A DNA stretch of 63,492 nucleotides, counting the filler, from Polymyxa betae A26-41 (taxonomy: Eukaryota > Protista > Endomyxa: Phytomyxea): assembly GCA_003693705.1 (NCBI GenBank). It is 7 parts of 7 records of this genome, joined end to end, with 100 filler letters (N's around TTAATTAATTAA, not from the genome) between each part and the next. Parts side by side here need not be neighbours in the genome. Positions count along the whole stretch, not along the records: positions 42,535 to 50,451 come from RBZT01000008.1; positions 50,552 to 55,174 come from RBZT01000434.1; positions 55,275 to 59,569 come from RBZT01000160.1; positions 59,670 to 63,492 come from RBZT01000062.1; 3 more parts are not named here. The stretch is one strand, 5' to 3'. How positions within the stretch are numbered: the first letter of the stretch is position 1; every line of letters starts with the position of its first letter. This document shows, piece after piece, positions 48,425-61,640 of this stretch. The notes beneath the pieces are model-generated. The model had not been told where the DNA came from, ran no database searches, and worked only from the letters and a program-made list of their open reading frames with translations. The translations under genes were made by a program, and so were the position numbers.

Positions 48425-50451
48425 TTAATCGAGAAGTTCCAGCGGCGATTCAGCAGCTTTCACATTCCCGACTTCATCAGTTCCCATCCGAGATCGGAGG
48501 CTTGCGATGTCATAATTGATATGTAAAGGCAATGCTGCCTCTATGCATGAATAAATAAGATCGTAAGATTCCTCTGGCTTCTCGCCAAGCTTCATGAATT
48601 CCTGGCACTGCATCACCAGGATGGGTTGCAGGATCTTCCTGAGGCCGGCGACGCTGACCGTAGTCACACCCACCTGATTCAAAGCATCGGAGGCCATCAG
48701 ACAAAGCTGGTTGAGACGCATGCCCATGGTGAACGTAAGTGACAGAGCCATCTTCTTCTTCAGGTTCTGAATACATTCGATAACCTGATCGAGGAAAAAG
48801 ATGGCAATGCCGGCGAATTGATCGCCTTCGTATTCGTCGTACCTAACCTTGAGATGTTCGATGATCAAGTCTTGCATCTGGTCGACCACCTTGCGTTCTT
48901 TCTGAAGGAGGATTTTCCTGATAACGTTCATATCGGAAATTAATGCAGCCGAGAGCTGTTGGATCCACGAACTCCGAAACACCTCACCAATGAGCGATTC
49001 CTCGGTCAGGAATGAGGTCGGGAGACAAACAGCGGATCCATTCAAACCTAAAGAGAAACCACATTAGCAGGCTCTTATGTAAGTTAGCAAATGATTTGCA
49101 AAAATCTAAGCTATTATCTGATAGAACCGCTCAGATCTAATAAAAGAATCTGTTGAATTAGCAAATAAATCGAGCACATACTTTCACTGCCATCATTGGG
49201 CATGTCGTCAAACATGCTGAGTAACGCGAGATCTTCCGAATCCTATACAATATCAGTATCGAATATCATCTGATTGCAAAATCAGCTTACCAGATCATCT
49301 GCCGACCCGGGACGTAATCGGGTCGTTTTCAGCATATCGAAATAGGGAGCGTGTGGGCGTTCATCGACCAGTGCAACTTCAAAACGTTGTCGCAGATCTT
49401 CAACGACAGCCTCGCGCAGGTCGTCATCCAGCAGCATCAACGCCTGAGACGCCTCGCCAACCGCTAAGATCCAGATGGCGTCGGTTGCGACATTGAAGAA
49501 ATCGCCAATCGTTCCCGGCTCGGTCTCCTGGCCGCACAGGTCTTGCAGATCGCAGCGCAGAGTGGTGGTGACGGATCTGAGCCCGGCCACGGTCGACTCC
49601 AAAGCCCTGGCAGCCTCCATGATAGGCCAGCGCGCCCCCGGCGACGTCCGGTAATGCGGCAGACGCAGCATGAACGATTTACGAAGGGCATCTAACGTGT
49701 CGGAGCTCATTTGTGCGAATGAGGAGAAGATGCTTTCGATGACGTCCTGGTCGACGCAGGAGAGGACGGCTGTGTATCCGTCCAGCATAGTCTGCAGAGC
49801 GAGGAGGGCGTCGTTGTCGAAGGCGTCGACCAGACCGCGTGATGGTTCACCAACATTGCTGTAATCGCCAACAGAATATCCCATCCAGGCCAGATTACAG
49901 TAGAGCATCGCGTCCGGATCATCGGACGATATATCACGGGGCACCTCTGCACAAACAACTAATCAGACGATTCCATCAAGAACGGAACCGGCGGTCGTAC
50001 TGGCCAGGCGAGCCTGGTACAGGTCGAGCAGGAGGCGGTGCAGGTCAGTGATCGGCTTCTCCTACGAGGACAGTTTCAGCGACCAATACGAATGGCAGGC
50101 CGACGGGGCGAGTACGACCTCGACCAGGTGACGGATGTACTCGAATAACGTGTTGATCACGAGGCGCGATTTGGCCAGGCGTGGATCGCGGGCGTCCTGA
50201 TCATCGGGGTCGGGCACGACGGTGACGATGTCGGTGGACGTCGCCGTCTCTCGTACAGATGATGAACTGCTCGATGGCCGCAATTTGTCGTTACCATGCT
50301 TCTTCTTCTTCTTCTTCTTCTTCTAGATATTCAAATATAAGCCATTGTTGTATGCGGAGCGGGCAGGTACAACTTTGGATTTCTTCTTCGATTTCTGAAA
50401 CGTTTTCGATGACTGTTGAACCGGGTTCGTGATCGTGATCGGGTTATCGGT
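48425..50451 (-). CDS. Multi-exon orphan protein, paralog 2 (5' end cut by the contig end)
   Basis: ORFs 49282-49944 and 48425-49045 align by eye to 45268-45885 and 44488-45147 (WPI.E.A.ALE; TMG.RLN.L), with the same small-exon layout. Confidence 0.65.
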
Positions 50452-50551
50452 NNNNNNNNNNNNNNNNNNNNNNNNNNNNNNNNNNNNNNNNNNNNTTAAT
50501 TAATTAANNNNNNNNNNNNNNNNNNNNNNNNNNNNNNNNNNNNNNNNNNNN

Positions 50552-53500
50552 TTTTGATCCATATCTATTTAGAAAAAGGAATTCATTCTACTAATCGGCA
50601 AACGGACCTTCGTGTGCTTTAACAGGTTATGGGCCCAGCAGCTCAGGCGTACTAAGTTCAATCACAATTCTGAGCTCGGTGGACAGATCCGTCCTGCACC
50701 ACAGCTTTGTGAGTTGAAAGTTCCTAAGTCCCCAAACCTCAAAACATGTCATCTCATTGAGCAAAGATTTGACAAAATAGCTAGAAACATCCTTAAGCTC
50801 AAAAAGTTAAAGTGCAAGAATGGCGACACTCATTACCGAGGTTGGGAACGCTTAATGTTCCGGGCTATTCAGAAGCTGAAGACGGATCATGTTGATCCAA
50901 TGGCAGTGCTCGAAGGGAGACTCTCCGAGGTGGCTGTACCCAGCAACCGCCGCGAAGAGTTCCGAACAATTAAAAACCATGTGTTTGACTGCATACTTAT
51001 GGGGATTGCTGTGGATTCCAGCACGTCTCTGATTGGAAGTGAGGATGACCCTGCCCTTGCTATCCAGTGACTACGATCCCGCTTTGTGCCTGATACGGTT
51101 GGTACTCAGGATATGCTACGTGACCTCTGGCCCGAATGCATAATGGACACTAACAAGGCGCTAAGAAATGGAGCTTTGAAACAGCATCGAGATGAACTGA
51201 CCCTGCGTGCTGAGAAATGTATCAGTGCTGGACGGGACTTGATCTCCAAGGACAGGGTCGACCATGAACTTCGAAGTGTATCCCACATTGAAGCCTACAA
51301 GCTTAAAGCTAGTTCCCTGAGGGATCAAATTAACGCAATTGATCGGAGAATCCATCTGGAAAATGCAAACGAAGGTATCCGGATGACTGAGAAGGAAATC
51401 GTAGCAGATCTGCTTTCCTTTGATGAGCAAGAACGCCAATCACTGGTTGTCAAACCAAATACCAATCAGGCGAACAGCGCAACAGCAACGAAAGCGACTC
51501 TGACTTGTGTATCCTGTGACACGACAGGATCGCATTCAACCGAAACTTGCCGCAAGATGAAAAATTCCAAGAAGACCAAGTCAACGGCAACAACAAAGAA
51601 AACGAAGACCAACAATAACGCGAAAGCCGGGAAATCGAGGGATGATGAGCTNNNNNNNNNNNNNNNNNNNNNNNNNNNNNNNNNNNNNNNNNNNNNNNNN
51701 NNNNNNNNNNNNNNNNNNNNNNNNNNNNNNNNNNNNNNNNNNNNNNNNNNNNNNNNNNNNNNNNNNNNNNNNNNNNNNNNNNNNNNNTGCTACTCAGCTG
51801 ATACAGTGAGTTAATGTTGAGAGCTTTTGCAAGGCCGAGAATTGGACTGCGATCGATTCAGGTGCGACGAAAAATTACGACCCCGTAAAGGAGCAGATTA
51901 AGGATTTTACCTTATTTCATTCTCCTGAACCGGTCCAGGTCGCATCGAAACAGATTAAATTTTGTGATGGAAAGGGTTTTACTCTTTATAAAGTCTGGAA
52001 AGGAAACGCTAACATTACAAAATGTCGAGACGCTCTCGATTTCAACCGACCTTGGATCTCTGTTGGTGCTTGCGCCGATCAAGGCATCATCTCTCTCTTC
52101 ACCAAAGGCAATTGCTGTATGATCCGCTCTCAGCTTACAAATGAACAGGTCCTGGAGGCAGCGAAGTGCTGGGGGAACGTGATCGTTGAGGCCAAGCGAA
52201 TGCCGTCCTCTGGACTTTATCTGGTGCCTAGAGTTATGGACCAACACTCGGCGTTAGTGGTCAATCCCATATCTAAGGTCAAGAACCCGGTCGATGCTTA
52301 CACGATGCACGTGCGATTGGGCCATTGCAATGCTGAAGCACTGCGGCAAATTTCTAACGATCATGAGAAATATGGATTAAGGCACGGCCTCGTTGGCAAC
52401 CTTCCAAGGATCGAAGATTGCAGTGCATGTGCAAGAGCGAAGACGAAAAAGAGTGTGCCAAAACCTAACCCAACCAGAGCCATCCGACCCGGTGAGGTTT
52501 TACATATAATGATATCGACCTTTTGGAAAGGAGAAGACTCCTGGAGTCGGCGGAAAGGATTACTTTATCCTGGCCTTTGACTTCAAGCTATTAATGGTGC
52601 GATGCACTTGTTCTTAAGTCCGAATCTACTCAATGGATTCGAAGATTGGTGATGATTCTGATTGCATGCGATGCGCATCCACTCAAAATCAAAATCGATA
52701 ATGCGCCAGAACTGACTGCTCTTACAGATTGGTTAAAAGACCGTGGGATCTCTTGTGAACCTGCAATTCCATATGACCACACCGGTAACGCAAGAGCTGA
52801 ACGTAATATAGGTGTGATCTGGACGATGCAGCGTACTTTACGCTTTCATTGCGATCTTCCGAAGAACGAGTGGCCGCGAGCATTTAAGGCTGCAGTCTAC
52901 CTAAAGGCACGGATTCCAATTGCTCGATTAGGCTGGAAAACGCCATATGAAGCTCTTAACGGTGTGCCTCCGAATCTATCAAATCTTCGTGCGCCCGGAT
53001 GCTTATCTTGGGGTTCTACTCCTTCTGAACACCGTGATAAAAAGACGAGCGGGCACATGATTCACGGCTGCTCGGATATTCACACAATGGCTATTTGTTG
53101 CAAGCGTTAGATAATAAGTCTGTTCAACAGTTTCAGTCGGTCACTTTTAACGAGAATGTCTTCCCGAAATATCCTCTCAACCGTCAAACTGGACATGTCT
53201 CTCCCAAGATATACATGGTAAAGACACTCAACAGAATCATACCGATTCTGAATCAGGGGAAGATGATGGGCAAAGCCCACGTAGGTCGTCTCGTGTGAGG
53301 GCGAAACCAGCTCGTTTTCATGAAATATATATGGCTGCGCTGAGTTCACCTTACATCAGCGAGCCAATGGCAGCTTTTATTGCAGACGTCAGCTGTCGAA
53401 CTCCCAAATCGTTATCAGAAGCCTTATCTATTCCTGTCTGGCGTGCAACTATAGAGAAGGAAAATTCTGCACTGCTTAAAAGAGGGACATTCAGACCAGA

Positions 53501-55166
53501 AATTCGTCCGGAAGGCCGAAAGGTCTTGGACTACAAGTATGTCTTTGCTACGAAAGTTAATAGAGCAACCGGGACTGTAACAGAGCATAAGGCTCGACTC
53601 GTTATTAGAGGTGATCGTATGATACAGTTCCAAGATTACTTCTTCATTACCAGCTCAGTAGCGGGTAAAAAAGTATTTCGATTCCTCATGGCTCTAGTTG
53701 CGTTGCTTGATCTTTCTATGGTCTGGTGCGATGTCAAGAACGCTTTCATTCAAGGCGAGATGGACGTCCCGATATGGATGAAAGCACCTCCTAACTTTCT
53801 ATCTCCTAAACAAATTGAAGGGGGCTATGCCCTTCGGGTTGTCAAATCTGTTTACCGTGCAAAACAAGCCGCTGCTATTTGGGAGAAGACGTATGACAAA
53901 GCTTTATTATGATTAGGTTTCTATCGTATGAAGAGTACTTCCTGTCTCTACTGTAAAATGGTACAAAATCATTTGATCATCACCGCAGTTCATGTCGATG
54001 ACTCGTTATGGAATGGCAACCTACCAGATATTCAACTCGTGTTATCTAAGCTTCAACGGATTTTCGATCTACATATTGAACTTGAAAGTACACAAGGTTT
54101 AGGAATGAGGATTGTTCGGATTTGGATGAGGCGCGAAATCCACATCTCTAATCCGGTCATGATCGACGAGCTTATAACCCGATTCTGCTGTCAGAATGCC
54201 AAGGGGAAGGTGATCCCGGCGTCGACGTCTTCACTCTACGAAGCATTGCCGAGGTGTAATGAAGGGGAATGTTCTCTTCCCTTTAAAGAACTCATTGGCG
54301 GGTTACAATATTTGGCTCATACATGTAGGCCTGATGTTGCGTATGCTGTAGGTGCTCTTTCACTATACTCTTCTTGTTTTTCGAAAGACCACTATCGAGC
54401 CGCCTTGAATATTCTGCTGTATCTCAAAACCACCAAAGATTTTGGAGTCGTTTTGGGAGGATTACCTTATCGTACATCTCCATCCGGCGAATACAAATTC
54501 GTCCACAGCATGATGGATATATGGGCGACTGGTGATGCATCGTTCGGTTCAGAGCGTAATGGTCGCTCACGCGGCGGTCTAACTGTACACATCGGCACTG
54601 GCCCGATATTTTGGAGGTCGTATAAGCAGCCGCTCGTCACACTTTCAAGTGGAAAGTCCGAAACGGTAACTCTTACAGATACTGTTCGTGAAGCCATTTC
54701 TATTGCTAATCTACGAGAGGAAATCGCAGCGAAGTTTTGTTCTTTTGATAGTGTCACTATGAAAGCAATTGTTGTTTATCAGGACAATCAGAGTACCCTC
54801 AAAAGTGCAAATAAGCAATCTCATTCATCGAGAACGAAGCATCAGCATATTCGCCATCATTTCGTTCGCGAAGCCGTAGAAGACGGTAAAGCCAACATTA
54901 TTTATTGTCCGGACGATCATATGATAGCTGAGCTGATTTCTTAACCAAGCCTTTAGCCAAGGAGAAATTCGAGTATCTACGAACCCTGATGGGAGTCGTG
55001 CCGACGTCTACGCATCAAGCTTCGGGGGAAGTGTCATAATTCCCTCTATTATCTTCATTACTTTCTTTCTTACTGTAACTGAGTACAGTACCCTTTTGAT
55101 CCATATCTATTTAGATAAAGGAATTCATTCTACTAATCGGCAAACGGACCTTCGTGTGCTTTAACA
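50552..55166 (+). mobile_element. Near full-length Ty1/Copia element (hemivirus-type PBS), disabled
   Basis: Partial 5' LTR to 50624, PBS GGTTATGGGCCCAG, gag knuckle CVSCDTTGSHSTETC, protease IDSGA, HVRLGH..CSAC, integrase, RT VHVDD, RNase H GDASF/QDNQS, PPT, 3' LTR 55032-55166. Confidence 0.95.
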
Positions 55167-57153
55167 TTATGCTCNNNNNNNNNNNNNNNNNNNNNNNNNN
55201 NNNNNNNNNNNNNNNNNNTTAATTAATTAANNNNNNNNNNNNNNNNNNNNNNNNNNNNNNNNNNNNNNNNNNNNGCGCGTCACTCTATCTAACACATGCT
55301 TCCGAGTGGGAGTGTTGAGGATGCGTCAGCATCCGCTTCGGCAATGAATCATTGATTGAATCATGATACGTGATTCATGCTTTATTACTACAAATTTTAG
55401 ATAGGAAATAAAATCTTATCATTCTGAAATTACTACATTACTTACGACTTCCTTAAAGCTTAGAGAGCTTCATTATGAGTAAGAGACGTGCTACACGACA
55501 AACGGCATCTGCAAGATTCACATCGGACAACGTTACAGTCCAGGCTGGAGTCAATAGCGTACCCGCCCCTTTACAGTGAGCAATAGAATATTTTCCTATC
55601 AAGCTGGATATGCGAGCGTATGAAGAATCACGCACGACAATACCCGCCGGAGCTTGTGGCAGCTCCAGTCGGCGACAGCAACCATCTGCCGGAATGGCGT
55701 CCGCAGCGAACCACATCCCCGGATCGAGGCGGGCCCATGGCTGCGCAACTGTCCGCCTATCTCTTCGCATTCCCGAACAGCGATCTCGAGCTCGCTGCCG
55801 TTACCCATCAATTCGATGCAGATTAGGGCCGGTACACTCCGCGGTATTATGCATTACGAACACCTTCAGAGAGAACAGATACAGATTCGGACCATCTCAC
55901 GACCAGCTCGATGAATGGAAATTGAGCGATTCTGGTTCCAGCCCGGATTGAAATTTCATAGACAGGCAGTCAAGGTCGCCAAAACCCTAACCCTAACACT
56001 CCTGACACGCTGATCTCCGGAACTAATAATGAAGGCATCCCCATGAGTCTGACAAAAGTTGGTAGTACGATTTTTTCAGGGGTTAGGGTTTAGGGTTTAC
56101 CGTTTGAAGGCATGGTCCGCTTATAATATGATTGACAGCTGAACTGGAGCTGTCCGCATCTCCTACGGATCTGGACGTCAAGCTTCAGGACGACGATGGT
56201 GTGTCCTCGCAGAAACCCTAGCCCTAACAGCGGTGAGGCTCCATGGCGACAGCTTCCATCCGCAGAGCAGCTCGAGCGAGCTCTGTCGGAGTTACAGTCC
56301 CCGGTCGTTCCTGTCCCTGCGTTCGGCTCTCCACCGGCTCATTGTCCGAGCCACGAAAATGCTACTAATGCGTCTATAAATAAGGCTGCATTCGCTGGGA
56401 TTTCGGCACCAGACGAAGAGCGGACGATGCGGGTGGCGATGATTGATAGCAGCAATGGGAGTCGGTCTGAGGAAACGGATGGTACCGAGATTCAAGCGCA
56501 CAGACGTCGTAGTGAAGTTCGAAGGCACGAGGAGAATATGGGCAATGATGGGAATGACACACCTTCGAAGCGTAAGAGAATATCGGAGGACTAACTAATG
56601 GGAATAGACAGGATTCATAGCCTAACAATGCTTTCAGCTTGTGATACAAATTCATCTCCAAAAGTTAAAATTAACGGCTTTCGGCATCGCTTTAGATCAA
56701 CAGTCAACTCTGAAACAAAATTATTAGTTTATAGAAAGGAGAGATATAGTCAAACAAAACTGTATTCGTAATTCGAGACACTTGAAGAATTTCGATTTAG
56801 ATAGGGTTGAGATAAGAACCTTGACTTCGAGCATTCGGGGACGCTTTGGAGTTAGGCGGCTCGGTAAGAAGTATTGTAGAAGCGGGACTTGCGAGAGTGA
56901 AGCTGTATGAGATAGTAAAGCAGCTCGAACAATCCTCGAAAGAAGAGAAAAGCGGCAGTAAGGGCAAGGACAGAGACAAACCACGGGACCCACCATAGCT
57001 TGGTCATCAGCAGGATGAAAGAGGTGACATACAGGCATCCGATAGAGACCATATCGACGATAACCAGGGTCCAAGGATTCAGCGCATCACGACGATCGCC
57101 CTTGATGAGAAGAGGCGTCTCCATGACCACAATGAACTCTTAAATCCGGTTGA

Positions 57154-57398
57154 ATATCGGAGTGCTTTTAGAAAGGTGCGTTGTATGAAGTTGCATTCAT
57201 TGGCAGATTTGTGCGTAAGTTGCATTCATTGGCAGATTTGTGCGTAAGTTGCAATCATAGGCAGATTTGTGCGTAAGTTGCATTCATTGGCAGATTTGTG
57301 CGTTAGTTGCATTCATTGGCAGATTTGTGCGTCACATATCGGAGTGCACTTGAAAGGGTGCGTGGTACCAAGTTGCATTCATTGGCGGATGAGTGCGT
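57154..57398. repeat. 29-bp minisatellite (5 plus 1 copies) with duplicated leader
   Basis: Unit aagttgcattcattggcagatttgtgcgt at 57188-57332; the leader atatcggagtgc...ggtgcgt occurs twice. Confidence 0.9.
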
Positions 57399-57911
57399 AA
57401 ATTCTATAAAAACGTGAGGCTGGGTCTGTGATTCAGATCTTTATTTTAATTTCAATTTCAAAGTTAATGGAAGTGCTCCGAGAGGTTATTTTTTGCAGTC
57501 AAATGGTTACAGCAACACCTTCCAACTTGGTCCAGCACCTTTACTTGGTTCTACTTTACGTATTATTCAGTTCAAAATATAACTTTAAGAAATGGGGATT
57601 ATACAGTATACACCATCTTCATTAATTAAGGAATCATTTGACCTATGGGGAGATGGACTTTAGAGTGCAATACTCAGAGGCAAACACTAAGTCAGAATAT
57701 GTCTTGCATGGCTTGATGGATTGGAAGAAAATGAAAGAAAAGGTCGTATGACAAACAAAATATGGAATAGCTCGTAGATAATTCCGAATACTCCTACTTA
57801 CTCGGTGACTATCACTACTCCTCTACGAAGATTCCCTCTCATTTCTACCTCGTGGATGTGGTAATCTGCAAAGAATTTATCCGATTCCAACTGAGACAAT
57901 GAGGTCTCAGA

Positions 57912-59150
57912 TTATGGCTTTAATGAACGAGAGACAGGGCCACTAGATGATCCAATTAGAACTTTGCAACTTCGGATACTATCCGTTGGAAACAAAACAG
58001 TGATTCGTTTGTCGTCACACTCAAGCTTTGGCAAAATTTTGCTATCGCCACGCCGGAAATCGATCACCGCGTAGTCCTTCATGTCAAGCGGACCGTATTT
58101 ACCATCTGGGCGACAGCGTGCCAAATGTTGACCATTACGATCGCCCTTGGTCAAAATTTCTAATCCCCAACGAATATCCCCATCAATATAGAAATCAATC
58201 TCCCCGCTGATCTCCGATGCCTGTTCTTCTGTACATGCAGGGAACCGTTTTCCAAGCTCGGAACAAATACAGATAGAAGGAGGAGTTTCAGCTGCAAGCC
58301 CGGCAAGAAATTAGTGTTGAAATACAGCTTTCTTGGGAAAATCGTCTAAGCCTGAAACCACGGAGTTTTGCAGTTGATTGCTCGACATTCTCAGTATCGC
58401 GTTCAGTTCAAGCTCCGTGACATTAAATGGTGCTTGGGCACTTCGGTTAGGGAAAACATAATTAAATGCGAACCTTTTGGCATACAGAGAGGTAAAAAAT
58501 AGCTTCCAGACAACGCAACAATAATGCCAGCGTTTTCGAGTTGAATGAATCCAGAATTGCTTCGAACAGACGAACCCACTAACATCGGCGAACGAGAAAC
58601 CAGCATCCTTGCTACAGAATTGACTGCTGGACCTGATAAAGATTGTCCATGAACGTGATCGAATGAAAAACATCGCGATACGTAGTGAGTAAATCTCTCC
58701 GAATAGAAGTGGCAAAGCACCTCACTTTCTGTAGGATTGGGATGAAAGCGAAATCAAGCTGTAAAAATGACAGTGTCATGGTGATTAATCCGATGGTCCC
58801 TGAACATTCCTCGATTGATACATGAGAAAAAATGTCACCGTAATCGCAGCCGTGCGCTTGAATGAACTCGTTCGCCTCTTGTTTCGTTATCAAAAAATCT
58901 TCTCTTGATAATTTTGGCAAAGACTCGAAATATATTGGAGAAGGGCTGGATTTGATTAACAACTGAGTTGCGACGAAAAGGAATTTGATAGTATGAGGAC
59001 ACAAATGCCCAATGTCTCGTATAATTGATTCCCAGAATCTTGGAAGTCCGAACCAGTCGTGACAGTCATCCAGAATGAAGAGCGCAGGGCCAGAGATTGC
59101 CGTTTTCCAGCTTTCGATAAGTCTAATCCAAACTCGGAGAAACCCTGGAA
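57912..59150 (-). pseudogene. Crinkler (CRN)-type effector C-terminal NTPase/restriction-endonuclease-like domains
   Basis: FILDDCH..FWESIIR..FLFVAT..SP..FESLPKLSREDFL, FPNRS, DFPKKAVFQH*, GEIDFYIDGDIRWGLEIL, GKY..DYAVIDFRR. Contains stops and frameshifts. Confidence 0.75.
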
Positions 59151-59152
59151 AC

Positions 59153-59569
59153 TGTAGAGTTTTTATGAAATCTCTTTCTTAATATTTTTGCTGTGACTAT
59201 CTTTATTTTTTCTTGGGTCGATCAACAGTACCCTACTAAATAAAATGACTTCTGCTTTTACATATCTAGCTAGTGTGAGCCTGCTACAAAACGTTTTGGC
59301 AATCGTCGGTGTGAGCTAGCGAGCGAATCCGACGCAACTGAGGGGAGATGACTGGTGCCGAAGCCAACGACAAGGAGTCTGGGCTGGGCGCGCCGCTTTT
59401 CCAGCCTATTGTGGCACCTCGGTTAAAAAGCACCGAAGTCAAGGAAGTCGCTGCCTTCCTTCGTTCGCGTACGCAGTACGAGAACCTCGTCGAGGAAAGA
59501 AAGAACACTCATGGCGAGAAGATCATCGCTCTGTCGATAAAATCGAGCATAGAGGCGAGTCTGCTGAAA
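59153..59569 (+). mobile_element. 5' end of a Gypsy-like element (candidate LTR plus gag start) inserted in the CRN gene
   Basis: TGTAG(59153)...CTACA(59288), then PRLKSTEVKEVAAFLRSRTQYE, similar to gag 748-1149. Confidence 0.6.
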
Positions 59570-61059
59570 NNNNNNNNNNNNNNNNNNNNNNNNNNNNNNN
59601 NNNNNNNNNNNNNTTAATTAATTAANNNNNNNNNNNNNNNNNNNNNNNNNNNNNNNNNNNNNNNNNNNNGTGTGAGCCCCCCGGTCCGACCACCTGCCAG
59701 GTAGCCCCCCCTGGCCAGGTCCAGCCTGTCTCCGACGGCTGTAGTTAAATAATAAATTATCTATAAGCTCCTAACCCTAACCCTTATCTATAAGCTCCTA
59801 ACCCTAACCCTGACCTTTTTCTCTCTCTCTCTCTGCGGCTAGGGGAAGATGGTCGACAGCGATAGAGCAATCAATGAGCAGGCGATCAGGGAGGGGGACA
59901 GCGACGGCAGCAGATTATAAAATTGTGGCGAATGATGTTGATTCCAGCCATCATCGACGACGCGCTTCTTCGGCAAAAGGCACGATTGAGCCTGCTTCAT
60001 CTGATAGAGTTTAATGATGAGGAAAGACGCGCGACACATAATGCGCCTCCGTATTTAAGTCTGACTGTACCCGTCGTGATCTCTGATAATATCAACTTCG
60101 AATGTCATCCCTTGCTCCTGACCAAATGGCCCATCAAACGGGCTGGAGTGCTCGAAACCCTTAGAGAGAGGACACGTTTTACCATTAGCGTTGAAGGTAA
60201 GGCCGGCTAGTGTTTGAGAGGTTTCGACCGCATGATTCTGATCCTGGCAGATCGCCATGCCTTGGTTCGCTGATTCTCCCATGGAGAAAAAATGCACATA
60301 TTTGATCGATAATCTAACTTCATCGTGGGTCATCTTAGTTTTCGAATGTCGCCAAAACTGTTTGTTTTCTCTAATGCCTTTCTATTGGTCTCTCGCATCG
60401 TACTCTTTGAATTTATTCCATTTTTGTACGATCGTTTGGACTTATTTTTCCCGCTGAAGCATCTGTCCATCGTTAGCTTTGAATGTCGAGTTTGAAGTGG
60501 GCACTGTCACTCTTGATGACTCTATCAAGAATGCTCTGCAAGCCTGTAGCTCTGTGCGCGATGATCCAGAACAGCCAACAGTGAGCTCTCTGATTTGGCT
60601 CTTACAATGCGTTGAATGCTATCTATCAGTCATATCTCCTGCCTGAACCAGCTATCTGAAATGCACGATGATCAACAAAGATATGTCTTAATGACCCTTT
60701 CACTTTCGTTGACATTCTATTCCACATGAACAAAGTACGTATTGAGAATTTCGCTGTCTATGAGCGTCTCTCTGGTCTTCATGAGAAATTTGTACACATT
60801 CCACCAGCTGCTTTCAAGGCTCGGAACCTTAAGCTCGTTGTCGCTTTGTCACAGACTTCAACGACGATTACGAAATCCTGGAACGCCTGGGTAACTGCCT
60901 GTTGTCAGTCGAAATTTTGTCTCTTCAAAACTTTTTGTTTTGTTGTGTTCCATTCTAAATCAAATATGACATCAATTCCACTTTTTCAGTTTCATTTTAA
61001 ACAGATTTTCTGTCTGTCTTTTTGTTGGCAATATGGATGGTTCAGCTGTTTGAAGCGTC

Positions 61060-61640
61060 TTAAAAGACTTTCCATTTTTTCCAGTAGTGATTTGTATATT
61101 GCGGTAGAAGCAGGCATCTGTGGATCGGTTTTCCGATGGCGATGTCTTCGAGGAGAAATCCCGATTGAAGTTACTATCAAATTCACTAAAGAAGGCTTTC
61201 AGTGTACAAAAGAGATTGACTTTATGTCGCGATTCTGTTAATGGAGATCATCATATTCCTGGATTAGTTCTCCTATCGGATCTATTTCTGTATCAAGATC
61301 AAACTTACTCTGTGATGGAACTGATTCCAGGTCACACATTAGCAAATTGGCCTGTTCCATGATCGGTTTTAGAAGCGGCCGCTGAACAGATCTGGATCGT
61401 TTATCAGAAGCTGGCCATGGTCAATCATCTCTATCGTATGGGCTGCCACCATAACGATATACTTTTGGAAAACTCTAAGGCTCATCCGCTCCATTTCTCA
61501 TTATATCCTAAGTCGTACTGGCCCTAGTCATGGTCAACACATCCACCATTAACTTGGTCGTACAGGATTTCGGGTTCGCCTTTCGCCGCTCTATCGAAGT
61601 CGACGAAAGTGTACTCTGTGTAGATCTGAAAAAGTTTATT
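61060..61640 (+). pseudogene. Degenerate protein kinase
   Basis: AGICGSVF, VTIK, E, YSVMELIPG.TL, HHNDILLEN and VQDFGFA, in shifting frames with stops. Confidence 0.6.

Noticed and set aside
57188-57398. Possible CRISPR array (29-bp repeats)
   Set aside because: Units are head-to-tail with no unique spacers, there are no cas genes, and the context is eukaryotic.
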